Assembly (NCBI GenBank): GCA_965223325.1
Contig: CBDCWI010000002.1
Location: forward strand, 224,001 to 288,000
Source of the DNA: Candidatus Multivoradales bacterium
GTDB lineage: Bacteria > Acidobacteriota > Thermoanaerobaculia > Multivoradales > Multivoraceae
Length of the DNA stretch: 64,000 bases
Direction of reading: 5' to 3'
Shown here: positions 20,448 through 29,053 of the stretch, one piece after another
Numbering within the stretch: position 1 is the stretch's first letter
Layout: each line of letters begins with the position of its first letter
Notes under the pieces: model-generated
What the model was told of the DNA's origin: nothing
The model's database searches: none
What the model saw: only the letters and a program-made list of their open reading frames with translations
Translations under genes and position numbers: made by a program

Positions 20448-21553
20448 AGCGACCCGTCTACGACACCGGAGCGTTGCGTTGGCATCGTCCGCTGCCGGGT
20501 AGCTTGTTCATCGCGCTCGAACCGGCTGCGTGGCCAATGGCCGCTCTGCCGTCGATCGACCCGATTCGGCAGCGCATTCGCTGGACCGACGACTCGTTCG
20601 AGGAGTTGGCGCCGGCGGAGGCATCGGGGCTCGACCGACCGGCCCCGCGCGACACGGTGTGGCTACCGCCGGTGCGTGAGGCCGACGAGGCGATGCGCTT
20701 CGGCTGGCAGGGTTGGGCTGCCAAGGCCCGCGAGGTCGTGGGCGCGCTTCCGCTGGTGACCGAGATCCTCCCGACGAAGCGGGGAACGGGCGACGCGCCC
20801 GTTGGGGTGGTGCCGTGGCGCATTCCCGAGACCGACGAGGCGGTGGTGGTCGTCGACCCATTGGCAGCGCTCCTCACCCACGGCGGCAGGCTCCCGCCAG
20901 CGTCGTTCCAGGAGGCGTCGTTCCAAAAGGCCGAAGGCGCGTCGTCGGGCTCGCACTGGATGTGGCCGCTCATTCCCGGCCTGAGCGACGACCCCCAGGA
21001 GTTCGCCGCGACCTGTCGCCAGGCGGCCCAGGCCAACGTTTCGACCCTCCATGTGATGGCGCTCGACCTGGCGCCCGAAGATCGGCGCCGGCTGTGGGGG
21101 GCACTTCCCGAGGCGTTGCGCGAAGGAAAGACCGCTGAACGACGTTGGAGTGCACTTTTCCATGGCGAGCAGGTCGACGAGCGTTGGGCCGCCCGCTGTG
21201 TACAGGCCGCAGGAATGCGCTTTCAGCTCCCCAGGCCAACGGATGTGGAAGCCGATCTTCTGACCGCCGAACGTCGGGCACGCCTCTGGGTGCGCCAGTT
21301 GACCGAGGAACTCTGCCTGGTGGGTGATCTCTGGCTGCGCTGTGGTCGCAGCGAGGCGACGGGCTGGAGCCTTCTCGCTGCCGCCCGCACCGTGGCTGCA
21401 ACACGCTACGATCCCAGTGTCCTGGCGCGCGAAGGAAACCTCGCGTTGCTGCTCGACGGGCTGGCCGCCGAGATCATCGAGGAGCGCCTGCGAGGCGATG
21501 TGAGCTCCCTCAGGAGCGAGCTCGAGGCCGAGTACGCCGGCGGCCCGGATTGA
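20444..21553 (+). CDS. Hypothetical protein; possible degenerate radical-SAM barrel plus PolX-like helical domain
   Basis: GTGA overlap with ribE; MWPLIPGLSDD segment and PolX-like C-terminus; no CxxxCxxC. Confidence 0.55.
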   Translation: MKRPVYDTGALRWHRPLPGSLFIALEPAAWPMAALPSIDPIRQRIRWTDDSFEELAPAEASGLDRPAPRDTVWLPPVREADEAMRFGWQGWAAKAREVVGALPLVTEILPTKRGTGDAPVGVVPWRIPETDEAVVVVDPLAALLTHGGRLPPASFQEASFQKAEGASSGSHWMWPLIPGLSDDPQEFAATCRQAAQANVSTLHVMALDLAPEDRRRLWGALPEALREGKTAERRWSALFHGEQVDERWAARCVQAAGMRFQLPRPTDVEADLLTAERRARLWVRQLTEELCLVGDLWLRCGRSEATGWSLLAAARTVAATRYDPSVLAREGNLALLLDGLAAEIIEERLRGDVSSLRSELEAEYAGGPD

Positions 21554-21571
21554 CGACCGAACCTTGCGACG

Positions 21572-22432
21572 ATGAACGCCAGAATCCAACCCCCGCTCGC
21601 CCCCCCGACTGCCAGAGGCGCCTTGCTCCTCGGACTGGCAGCGCTCTTGGCGACGCTCTTTTGGCCGCCGCCAACCCATGCCGACGATTTCGACCTCGGC
21701 GTTCTACTCGGCGATCTCGGGAGTCAGAGTGACTTTGACCTGGCCATCGCCACCCTCGACGACCTGCACGATGCGGTGAGCTCGGCGGCCTACGCGTTTC
21801 CGCGTCAGCACGGTGGGTCGCTTGGCCTGACCGGGTTCGAACTCTGGGTCGAGGCGACCTGGGATGAAGAGTTCGCCAACCAACCCTACGCACCGCGTGG
21901 GCTGGCAGAAGGCCTGCCACTCGATGGTCTTTCGGTAGCCCGGGTCGGGGCGCGCAAGGGCCTGCCTGGCGGCCTCGACATCGGAGCCTCCTGGGCGCGC
22001 CTTCTCGGAACCGATCTCGACATGGTGGGTGCCGAGATGCAGTGGTCGGTCATCGACGGCGGCATCCTGAAACCCGCCCTGGCACTTCGCCTGACCGGAA
22101 TGCAGTCGAGTGGAGAAGACGAGTACGACCTCGAGCAGTACGGCGCGACGCTCATTCTGAGCAAGGGCTTTGCCAATGTGACCCCCTATGTCGGCGGCGG
22201 CGTCGTGCGTTCGAATGGCGAGTTCAAGGTGACCAGCGCGGCGCTCGATGGCGTGCCGCCGATTCTCGCTCCGCTACTCGACGATGAGGGTGATCTCAGA
22301 ATCGACAGCGACGAGACCCAGACGGTGGTCTTCGCTGGTGTCCGCATCAACCTCCTGGTGCCGCGCATCACCGTCGCGCTCGAAAAGACCCGCAACTGGC
22401 AGGCCGCAGTACGGCTCTCGATCGGCTTTTAG
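21572..22432 (+). CDS. Putative outer-membrane beta-barrel protein
   Basis: Signal peptide, amphipathic beta strands, C-terminal Phe (VRLSIGF). Confidence 0.65.
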   Translation: MNARIQPPLAPPTARGALLLGLAALLATLFWPPPTHADDFDLGVLLGDLGSQSDFDLAIATLDDLHDAVSSAAYAFPRQHGGSLGLTGFELWVEATWDEEFANQPYAPRGLAEGLPLDGLSVARVGARKGLPGGLDIGASWARLLGTDLDMVGAEMQWSVIDGGILKPALALRLTGMQSSGEDEYDLEQYGATLILSKGFANVTPYVGGGVVRSNGEFKVTSAALDGVPPILAPLLDDEGDLRIDSDETQTVVFAGVRINLLVPRITVALEKTRNWQAAVRLSIGF

Positions 22433-22457
22433 GGCCCAGGCGGCCCCCGCAACACCG

Positions 22458-23486
22458 ATGATCGACCTGCGCTCTGACACCGTCACCCAGCCCTCGCCGG
22501 CCATGCGCCAGGCGATGGCTGAAGCCGTCGTCGGCGACGACGTCTATGGCGAAGACCCGACCATTCAACGACTCGAAGAGCGGGCGGCCCAAGAGACCGG
22601 GCAGGAGGGAGCGCTGTTCGTGCCTTCCGGCACGATGGGCAACCAGATTGCCCTGCAGCTTCACGCGCGTCGGGGCCAATCGGTGGTTTGCGAACAGAAC
22701 GCACACGTCTTTCACTATGAGTCCGGCGGCATGGCGGTGAACTCGGGCCTACAGGCGGTGACGGTTCCCGGTGCGCGTGGCGTCATGTCACCTGAGGCCC
22801 TGCGCGAGGCCATCGTCGTCGGTCAGCCGTTTGCGGTCGAAACCGGGGTCGTTGCACTCGAGAACACGCACAACCTGGCGGGCGGCACGGTGATGTCGGT
22901 CGAGCATCAGAAGACCCTGATCGAAATCGCCCACGACTGTGGCGTTCCAGTTCATCTCGATGGGGCACGTGTCTGGAACGCGGCGGCGGCGCTGGGCGTG
23001 CCGGTCCACGCGTTGACCGCCGATGTCGACTCGGTGATGTTTTGCTTGTCCAAGGGCCTCGGCGCCCCGGTGGGCTCGCTTCTGTGCGGCAAGCGCGACT
23101 GGATCGAAGCCGCCCGCGCTCTGCGGCGGCTGCTCGGCGGTGGCATGCGTCAGGTCGGTGTTCTGGGTGCGGCGGGACTCTACGCCCTCGAACACAACGT
23201 CGCCCGCCTGGCCGACGACCATCGCCGGGCCCGGTCGCTGGCTGAGACGATGGCCGAGCTTCCCGGTCTTTCGGTTGACGCAGGGGCGGTCGATACCAAC
23301 ATCGTCGTCGCCGAGTCTGCCCAGGCGGGCGCAGTGGTCGAGGGTCTCTCGCGGCGCGGCGTGTTGGCCAGCAAGCTCCTCGGCAACCGCCTGCGGCTGG
23401 TCACTCACCTCGATATCGATGACGATGCGATCCGTGCCGCGTGTGCGGCGCTGTCGGAGACCGCCGGCGAAGTCGCTTCCGCTTGA
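22458..23486 (+). CDS. ltaE: Low-specificity L-threonine aldolase
   Basis: MIDLRSDTVT, SGTMGN, HLDGAR, SKGLGAPVGS. Confidence 0.93.
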   Translation: MIDLRSDTVTQPSPAMRQAMAEAVVGDDVYGEDPTIQRLEERAAQETGQEGALFVPSGTMGNQIALQLHARRGQSVVCEQNAHVFHYESGGMAVNSGLQAVTVPGARGVMSPEALREAIVVGQPFAVETGVVALENTHNLAGGTVMSVEHQKTLIEIAHDCGVPVHLDGARVWNAAAALGVPVHALTADVDSVMFCLSKGLGAPVGSLLCGKRDWIEAARALRRLLGGGMRQVGVLGAAGLYALEHNVARLADDHRRARSLAETMAELPGLSVDAGAVDTNIVVAESAQAGAVVEGLSRRGVLASKLLGNRLRLVTHLDIDDDAIRAACAALSETAGEVASA

Positions 23487-23513
23487 CCGCGGCCGGTAGG
23501 TCCGCCAGGGCAC

Positions 23514-24341
23514 CTAGTGCGTCAGGCCGTAGACCACCATGTTGACGCCCATCGCGTAGGCGACGGTCGAATAGCGTTCGAAGTAGGCCTCGCCGTAGCC
23601 TTCGCGTTCCCAGCCGTCGCCGATGTCGGTGTTGAAGGTCGTCATGACCATCGGCCGGTCGGAATCGTCGAACCAGCCGCGCAGGTGGACCTGCTCGACG
23701 CCATAGGCCGGATAGCGGTGGATGTTCGGAGGATCGTGGGTCCAGCCGCGCACCGCGAAGTCGCGCGCCGGAACCTGAGGTGGTCCGGCGAGCGGGAAGA
23801 CGGCGCTCAGAAGCGGGTGGTCGTCGGGCACCTCTTGCCAGCTCCGTTCGGGTAGGACACGCTCCATGTTGCGCTCGAAGTTCTTCCACTCGCCGAGCCC
23901 CCAGAAGTCGTCGACCCACAACATGCCGCCCTTGCCGAGATACTCGCGCAGGGCGCTGACCTCGTCGTCGGAGAGGTCCATCCAGCCGACGTCGCAGAGG
24001 TACAGCATCGGATACTCGAAGACTTCGGGATCGGTCAGCCGCATGACCACCGAGCGTCGGTTGACCGACAGGGTGGTCAGCTCCTCGAGTCGGAAGACGA
24101 AGTTTTCGTCGGCCTGGGGGTGATCGGTTTCCCAGCGCTCCCAGACCCGGCCTTCGTAGTAGTAGTAAGCCTCTTGCGCGCCTCCTGAAGAGTCGTACTG
24201 GAGGCGTGTGAAGCTGAACTCGGCCAGCTCGGGCTCGGTCACCCCCGCACCACGATCGCTCAGGCTAGGTTGGGAGATCTCGGCCTGCTGGCTCGCCCCC
24301 CGGAGCATCGCCGCCGCTGACAGCAGAAGGAGGCTCATCAT
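23514..24341 (-). CDS. DUF4159 family exported protein (copy 1)
   Basis: Signal peptide, WETDHPQAD, GGMLWVDDFWG, NTDIGDGWE, GVNMVVYGLTH*. Confidence 0.85.
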   Translation of the reverse strand: MMSLLLLSAAAMLRGASQQAEISQPSLSDRGAGVTEPELAEFSFTRLQYDSSGGAQEAYYYYEGRVWERWETDHPQADENFVFRLEELTTLSVNRRSVVMRLTDPEVFEYPMLYLCDVGWMDLSDDEVSALREYLGKGGMLWVDDFWGLGEWKNFERNMERVLPERSWQEVPDDHPLLSAVFPLAGPPQVPARDFAVRGWTHDPPNIHRYPAYGVEQVHLRGWFDDSDRPMVMTTFNTDIGDGWEREGYGEAYFERYSTVAYAMGVNMVVYGLTH

Positions 24342-24557
24342 GAGGGAGAAGAGCCATCGGCCGGACAACGCCACAACGCGCGCCGGGGAATCCGGGAACT
24401 GGCGGGCCACGAAGCCATTCTGAGGCACAGGGGCCTGCTGCTGCAACGCCCTGGGACGTTCTCGGTGCGAAGCCCGACACGGCACAGGCACGGCTGGGTT
24501 AGCATCAACCGGCCCGCGAGTGCTCACCCGTCGACACCGCTCGGTCCTCCTGCCCGC

Positions 24558-25661
24558 ATGATCATGAACTCCGCGCCTCCACCCGTCTCGCAGCTCTCCG
24601 AAGGGCGCTCGCCACGCCAGCTCCGGGCGCCAGGCCGAGACACCGAGCGTGTTCAGCTTCCGTTGGCCATGCTTCTCCTCGTGGTTGCGCTCCTCGCCCT
24701 GGCGACTGCGGCGCTGGCGGGGCGGGAAACAGGCCCTTTGGCGGGGACCAGTCCTGGCTTGTCGGAAGGGTTCTTGGCCTTGCGTCCGGTGCTCGCTCGC
24801 GCGCCGCTTCAGCAGGTCACACCGAGCCGCCGCAGGATCCAGGAGCGTCAGGAACAGCTGCGCCGACAGATGCTCGAGAGTCGTCGGCGGCGGGCTCCGG
24901 TGCGCCGTCACGCCTTCGACATGCCGCTCCTCGAGGACCCGCGCGATCCGGCGGGGCCGTGCGTTGCGGAGCGCTGGAGTGACCAACCGCACGAGTTCTA
25001 CTTCACTCGCGCTGCCTACAGTGGCTACGGTCTCCAGGGTGGATTCGCCAGCTGGAGCGTCGACTACCCGAAGGCCGATCGGCAGTTCATGGTGGGTGTG
25101 CAGCGGTTGATCAACCACCTCGATCTCTCGGGCTGCGAGAACCCGATTCTGCTCGATGATCCAGAGCTGTCCCGCTTTCCCTTCCTCTACGCGGTCGAGG
25201 TCGGCTACATGTCGCTGACCGATGCCGAGGTCCAGGGTCTTCGCAGGTACCTGTTGGCGGGTGGCTTTCTGGTGATCGACGACTTCTGGGGCACACTCGA
25301 GTGGTCGAATGCCGAGGCAGAGCTGGCACGCGTGCTGCCCGAGTACCGCATCACCGACCTTCCTCTCGACCATGCGCTCTTCCACTGCTTCTACGACGTG
25401 CGCGAGATCGTGCAGGTGCCCAACCTGGCGGTCGGGCGCGAGAACGCCCGCAGCGGCTACCCGACCCACGAGAAAGACGGCTTCGTTCCGCGAGTCCGGG
25501 GAATCTCCGATGAGAACGGTCGGTTGCTGGTGGTGCTGAACTGGAACAGCGACCTCGGCGATGCCTGGGAATGGGCCGAAGACCCCTACTATCCGCTGCG
25601 CTTTTCGACCTACGCCTACCAGGTGGGCATCAACTTCATCGTCTATGCCATGAGTCACTGA
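24558..25661 (+). CDS. DUF4159 family exported protein (copy 2)
   Basis: WSVDYPKAD, GGFLVIDDFWG, NSDLGDAWE, GINFIVYAMSH*; start may be 24669. Confidence 0.85.
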   Translation: MIMNSAPPPVSQLSEGRSPRQLRAPGRDTERVQLPLAMLLLVVALLALATAALAGRETGPLAGTSPGLSEGFLALRPVLARAPLQQVTPSRRRIQERQEQLRRQMLESRRRRAPVRRHAFDMPLLEDPRDPAGPCVAERWSDQPHEFYFTRAAYSGYGLQGGFASWSVDYPKADRQFMVGVQRLINHLDLSGCENPILLDDPELSRFPFLYAVEVGYMSLTDAEVQGLRRYLLAGGFLVIDDFWGTLEWSNAEAELARVLPEYRITDLPLDHALFHCFYDVREIVQVPNLAVGRENARSGYPTHEKDGFVPRVRGISDENGRLLVVLNWNSDLGDAWEWAEDPYYPLRFSTYAYQVGINFIVYAMSH

Positions 25662-25682
25662 AAGGCCTTTGGTTTCCTGACC

Positions 25683-27956
25683 GTGTTCGAATCTCTGTTC
25701 AAGTACCGCGCGGCGCTGTTCTCGGAAGGTGAGTTTGCCTTTCGCGCTCCGAACTGGCAGATCACAGCGGTGGTCGCGGTCTTGCTCGTCCTACTGGTGT
25801 TGGTTTGGCGCTTCCGGCCGCGGGGGGGCGAAGCGCGCCCCTTGGACACGTTGGCACTCGTGGCGCTGCGCTGGGCTGCCATAGCCCTCCTGGCCTTCTG
25901 CCTTCTCCAGCCGTCGCTGGTTCTCGAGTCGGTGGTTCCCCAGGAGAGCTTCGTTGGTCTGGTCGTTGATGATTCCAAGAGCATGCGCATCGCCGATGGC
26001 GACAACACCCGTGCCGACGAGGTCAGCACCCTGTTGTCGCCCGGCTCTCCTTTCGCCGATGAGTTGAGCAAGCGCTTCAAGGTACGCAGCTGGGCCTTCT
26101 CCGAGGAAGTTCGGCGCATTGAGCGTCCCGACGAGCTGCGTTTCGCCGGCGGCGAGACCGAGATCGGTGCGGCGCTCGAACGCGCTGCCGGGGAGCTCGA
26201 CGGCACGGCGCTCGCCGGCCTGGTGTTGCTTTCCGATGGTGCAGACTCGAGTGACAGCGGTCTTTCGGAAACGCTCCTGTCGCTGCGCTCGCGCGGCATC
26301 CCGGTGCACACCGTGGGCTTTGGCCGTGAACGCTTCGATGCCGACATCGAAGTCACCCGGGTGGTGGCCCCGCGCCGGGTCCTGCGAGGTTCTTCGCTGA
26401 TGGTCGAGGTCTCGCTCGCCCAGCGCGGCTACGCCGGCGAAACGGTGCGTCTCGAGGTCGAAGACGAGGGCCGCATCGTGTCGGTCGAAGACGTGACCTT
26501 CCCGACCGATGGTGAAGCCGTGACCGCGCGTGTCGACTTCACGGTCGAAGATGAAGGGGTGCGTTCCTTCCGCTTCCGGGTGCCTCCCCGCGATCGCGAG
26601 GCTGTCAGTGGCAACAACGAGCAGTACGCCCTGATCGAGGTGCTCGACCGCAAGGAGAAGATTCTCTACTTCGAGGGCGAGCCGCGCTTCGAGCTCAAGT
26701 TCCTGCGGCGCGCCGTCGAAGACGACGAGAACCTGCAGCTGGTATGCCTTCAGCGCACCGCCGAGAACAAGTTCCTACGCCTCGATATCGACTCCCCAGA
26801 CGAGCTCGCCGGCGGCTTCCCGGTGACTCGCGAGGAGTTGTTTGCCTACCGCGGGCTCATCCTCGGCAGTGTCGAGGCGAGCTTCTTCACCTATGACCAG
26901 CTGCGCATGATCCACGACTTCGTCAGTCAGCGCGGTGGCGGCCTCTTGATGCTCGGTGGACGCCGATCGTTCTCCGAAGGTGGCTATGTGGGTACGCCGA
27001 TTGCCGATGTGCTACCGGTCGAACTCGCCCCTGCACCGGCCCCGGGCACGCCGCCGAGTTTCGCCAGTCTCGACGTTGCACTCACCTCGGCGGGTCGTGA
27101 ACACCCGGCTCTGCGGCTGGCAAGCGACGACGACGCCTCGGCCGGGCGCTGGGCGGAGCTGCCGGCGCTGTCGACCTTCAACCCGATTTCGCGAGTCAAG
27201 GCCGGGGCGACGACTCTCCTCGAAGGCAGCTCGGAAGCGCTCTCTTTCCAACAGGTTGTGCTCGCTCAGCAACGCTTCGGGCGCGGTCGCGCACTCGCCT
27301 TCACGCCGCACGATTCGTGGATGTGGCAGATGCACAGCACCGTTCCCCTCGAGGACCTCACCCACGAGACCCTTTGGCGTCAGCTGATGCGGTGGCTGGT
27401 GAGCTACGTCCCCGACCCGGTGACCGTCTCGACCGACAAGGATCGCGTTGCACCGGGTCGCGCGGTCGAGGTTCGCGCTCGGGTGCGCGATCTCCAGTTC
27501 CTCGAGGTCAACGGAGCCCGCGTCTCGGGCACCGTGCGTGCGCCCTCGGGCGAGGAGTCACCGATTACCCTCGAGTGGGCGGTCGAAGAAGATGGTCTGT
27601 TTCGCGCTCCGTTCACCCCAACAGAGCTCGGTCTCTACCGAGTCGAGCTGAGCGCTCTGTCTGATGGCGAGACGTTGGGGAACGGCCACGTGGTGTTCGA
27701 GACCGCCGAGTTGCCCGACGAGTTCTTCGGCGCCGAGCAGCAGAGTGCGCTCCTGACCCGGATCGCGGAAGAGACCGGCGGTAGCGCCTACGCCCCCGAG
27801 CGCGTCACCGATCTGGTCGAAGACCTGAGCTACGGCCGCGGTGGCAGCACGGTCGAGGAGTATCGCGATCTCTGGGATATGCCGATCCTCTTTCTCTTGC
27901 TTGCCGGGCTCCTGTGTGGCGAGTGGCTGTGGCGGCAGCAGAGGCGCTTGGCATGA
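25683..27956 (+). CDS. Membrane VWA + Ig-like + class I GATase-like domain protein
   Basis: TM at both ends, MIDAS DDSKS and LLSDG, GGGLLMLGG. Confidence 0.8.
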   Translation: MFESLFKYRAALFSEGEFAFRAPNWQITAVVAVLLVLLVLVWRFRPRGGEARPLDTLALVALRWAAIALLAFCLLQPSLVLESVVPQESFVGLVVDDSKSMRIADGDNTRADEVSTLLSPGSPFADELSKRFKVRSWAFSEEVRRIERPDELRFAGGETEIGAALERAAGELDGTALAGLVLLSDGADSSDSGLSETLLSLRSRGIPVHTVGFGRERFDADIEVTRVVAPRRVLRGSSLMVEVSLAQRGYAGETVRLEVEDEGRIVSVEDVTFPTDGEAVTARVDFTVEDEGVRSFRFRVPPRDREAVSGNNEQYALIEVLDRKEKILYFEGEPRFELKFLRRAVEDDENLQLVCLQRTAENKFLRLDIDSPDELAGGFPVTREELFAYRGLILGSVEASFFTYDQLRMIHDFVSQRGGGLLMLGGRRSFSEGGYVGTPIADVLPVELAPAPAPGTPPSFASLDVALTSAGREHPALRLASDDDASAGRWAELPALSTFNPISRVKAGATTLLEGSSEALSFQQVVLAQQRFGRGRALAFTPHDSWMWQMHSTVPLEDLTHETLWRQLMRWLVSYVPDPVTVSTDKDRVAPGRAVEVRARVRDLQFLEVNGARVSGTVRAPSGEESPITLEWAVEEDGLFRAPFTPTELGLYRVELSALSDGETLGNGHVVFETAELPDEFFGAEQQSALLTRIAEETGGSAYAPERVTDLVEDLSYGRGGSTVEEYRDLWDMPILFLLLAGLLCGEWLWRQQRRLA

Positions 27957-29053
27957 TCGTTCTTCGCTGGCACGTGGTGTCTTGCCTGGCCCTCGGGTCG
28001 TTGCTGTTCTTGGGGAATGCCGAGGCCCAGGAGACCCGTCTGTTGATTGTCTCGGGTCTCGGCGGAGATCCCGAGTACGAAGAGTCTTTCCTCAGTTGGA
28101 GTCAACGCCTCCATGACGCCGCTCGCGATGGTGGCCTCGGCGACGATCAAGTCACGGTCCTGGCGGAGAATCCGGAGCTCGATCCCGAACGTCTCGACGG
28201 GCGCTCCGACAAAGAGAAGGTGCTCTCTGCCCTCGGTGACCTTGCCGAAGCCACCGCTGAGAACGACCAGCTGTGGGTGGTGCTGATCGGGCACGGCAGC
28301 AACAGTGGCGGCCGGCCGCGGCTCAATCTGCCGGGCCCCGACCTGACCGCGGCCGATTTCGGCGCCGCGCTGACCGGTATCGCAGGTCGCGTGGCCTTCA
28401 TCAACACCGCCAGTACCAGCGGCGAGTTCCTGCAGCTTCTGTCGGGAGAAAAGCGCGCGGTGGTCACGGCAACCAAATCGGGCGCACAGCGCAACGAGAC
28501 GCACTTCGGCGATCACTTCACCGCCGCCTTCGTCGACGCGCGTGCCGACCTCGACAAGGACCTGCGCGTCTCGCTCTACGAAGCCTTCGAGTACGCGCGT
28601 CAGGAAGTTGCGCGCCACTATGAGAGCGAAGGTCTTCTGGCGACCGAGAATGCGCAGCTCGACGACAACGCCGATCGCGTCGGTTCTCTCGAGCCCGACC
28701 CGCGCTCGGAGGACGAGACGATCGACGGGCGGCTCGCCGCCCGCCTCTTCCTGACCCGTTCCGTCGCCGCCCGTGCCGCCTCGAGCGATCCCGAAGTCGC
28801 TCGGTTGCTGGCCGAGAAGGAGCGGCTCGAGGAACAGGTCGACTCCCTCAGGCGCCGGAAAGATGAACTCTCCGAAGACGAGTACCTCGATGCACTCGAG
28901 AATCTGGTCCTGGAGCTGGCGGCCGTCGAAGGCGAGCTCGAGGAGCACGGCGCAGGCGAAGCCCAGGAGGGATCACCCGAGGAAGGGCCATCCGAGGCCG
29001 GGCCGGGAGTCTCGACTGAGGCCGAGAACGCTCGCGGTGAGGGTCACCGATGA
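27953..29053 (+). CDS. Exported caspase/C13-like fold protein with C-terminal coiled coil
   Basis: Signal peptide, VLIGHGS, FINTASTSG, VVTATKS, DLDKD..VSLYEAF. Confidence 0.6.
   Translation: MIVLRWHVVSCLALGSLLFLGNAEAQETRLLIVSGLGGDPEYEESFLSWSQRLHDAARDGGLGDDQVTVLAENPELDPERLDGRSDKEKVLSALGDLAEATAENDQLWVVLIGHGSNSGGRPRLNLPGPDLTAADFGAALTGIAGRVAFINTASTSGEFLQLLSGEKRAVVTATKSGAQRNETHFGDHFTAAFVDARADLDKDLRVSLYEAFEYARQEVARHYESEGLLATENAQLDDNADRVGSLEPDPRSEDETIDGRLAARLFLTRSVAARAASSDPEVARLLAEKERLEEQVDSLRRRKDELSEDEYLDALENLVLELAAVEGELEEHGAGEAQEGSPEEGPSEAGPGVSTEAENARGEGHR

Noticed and set aside
24342-25658. 714-aa minus-strand ORF extending DUF4159 copy 1
   Set aside because: The extension is the antisense shadow of copy 2; a signal peptide begins near 24341
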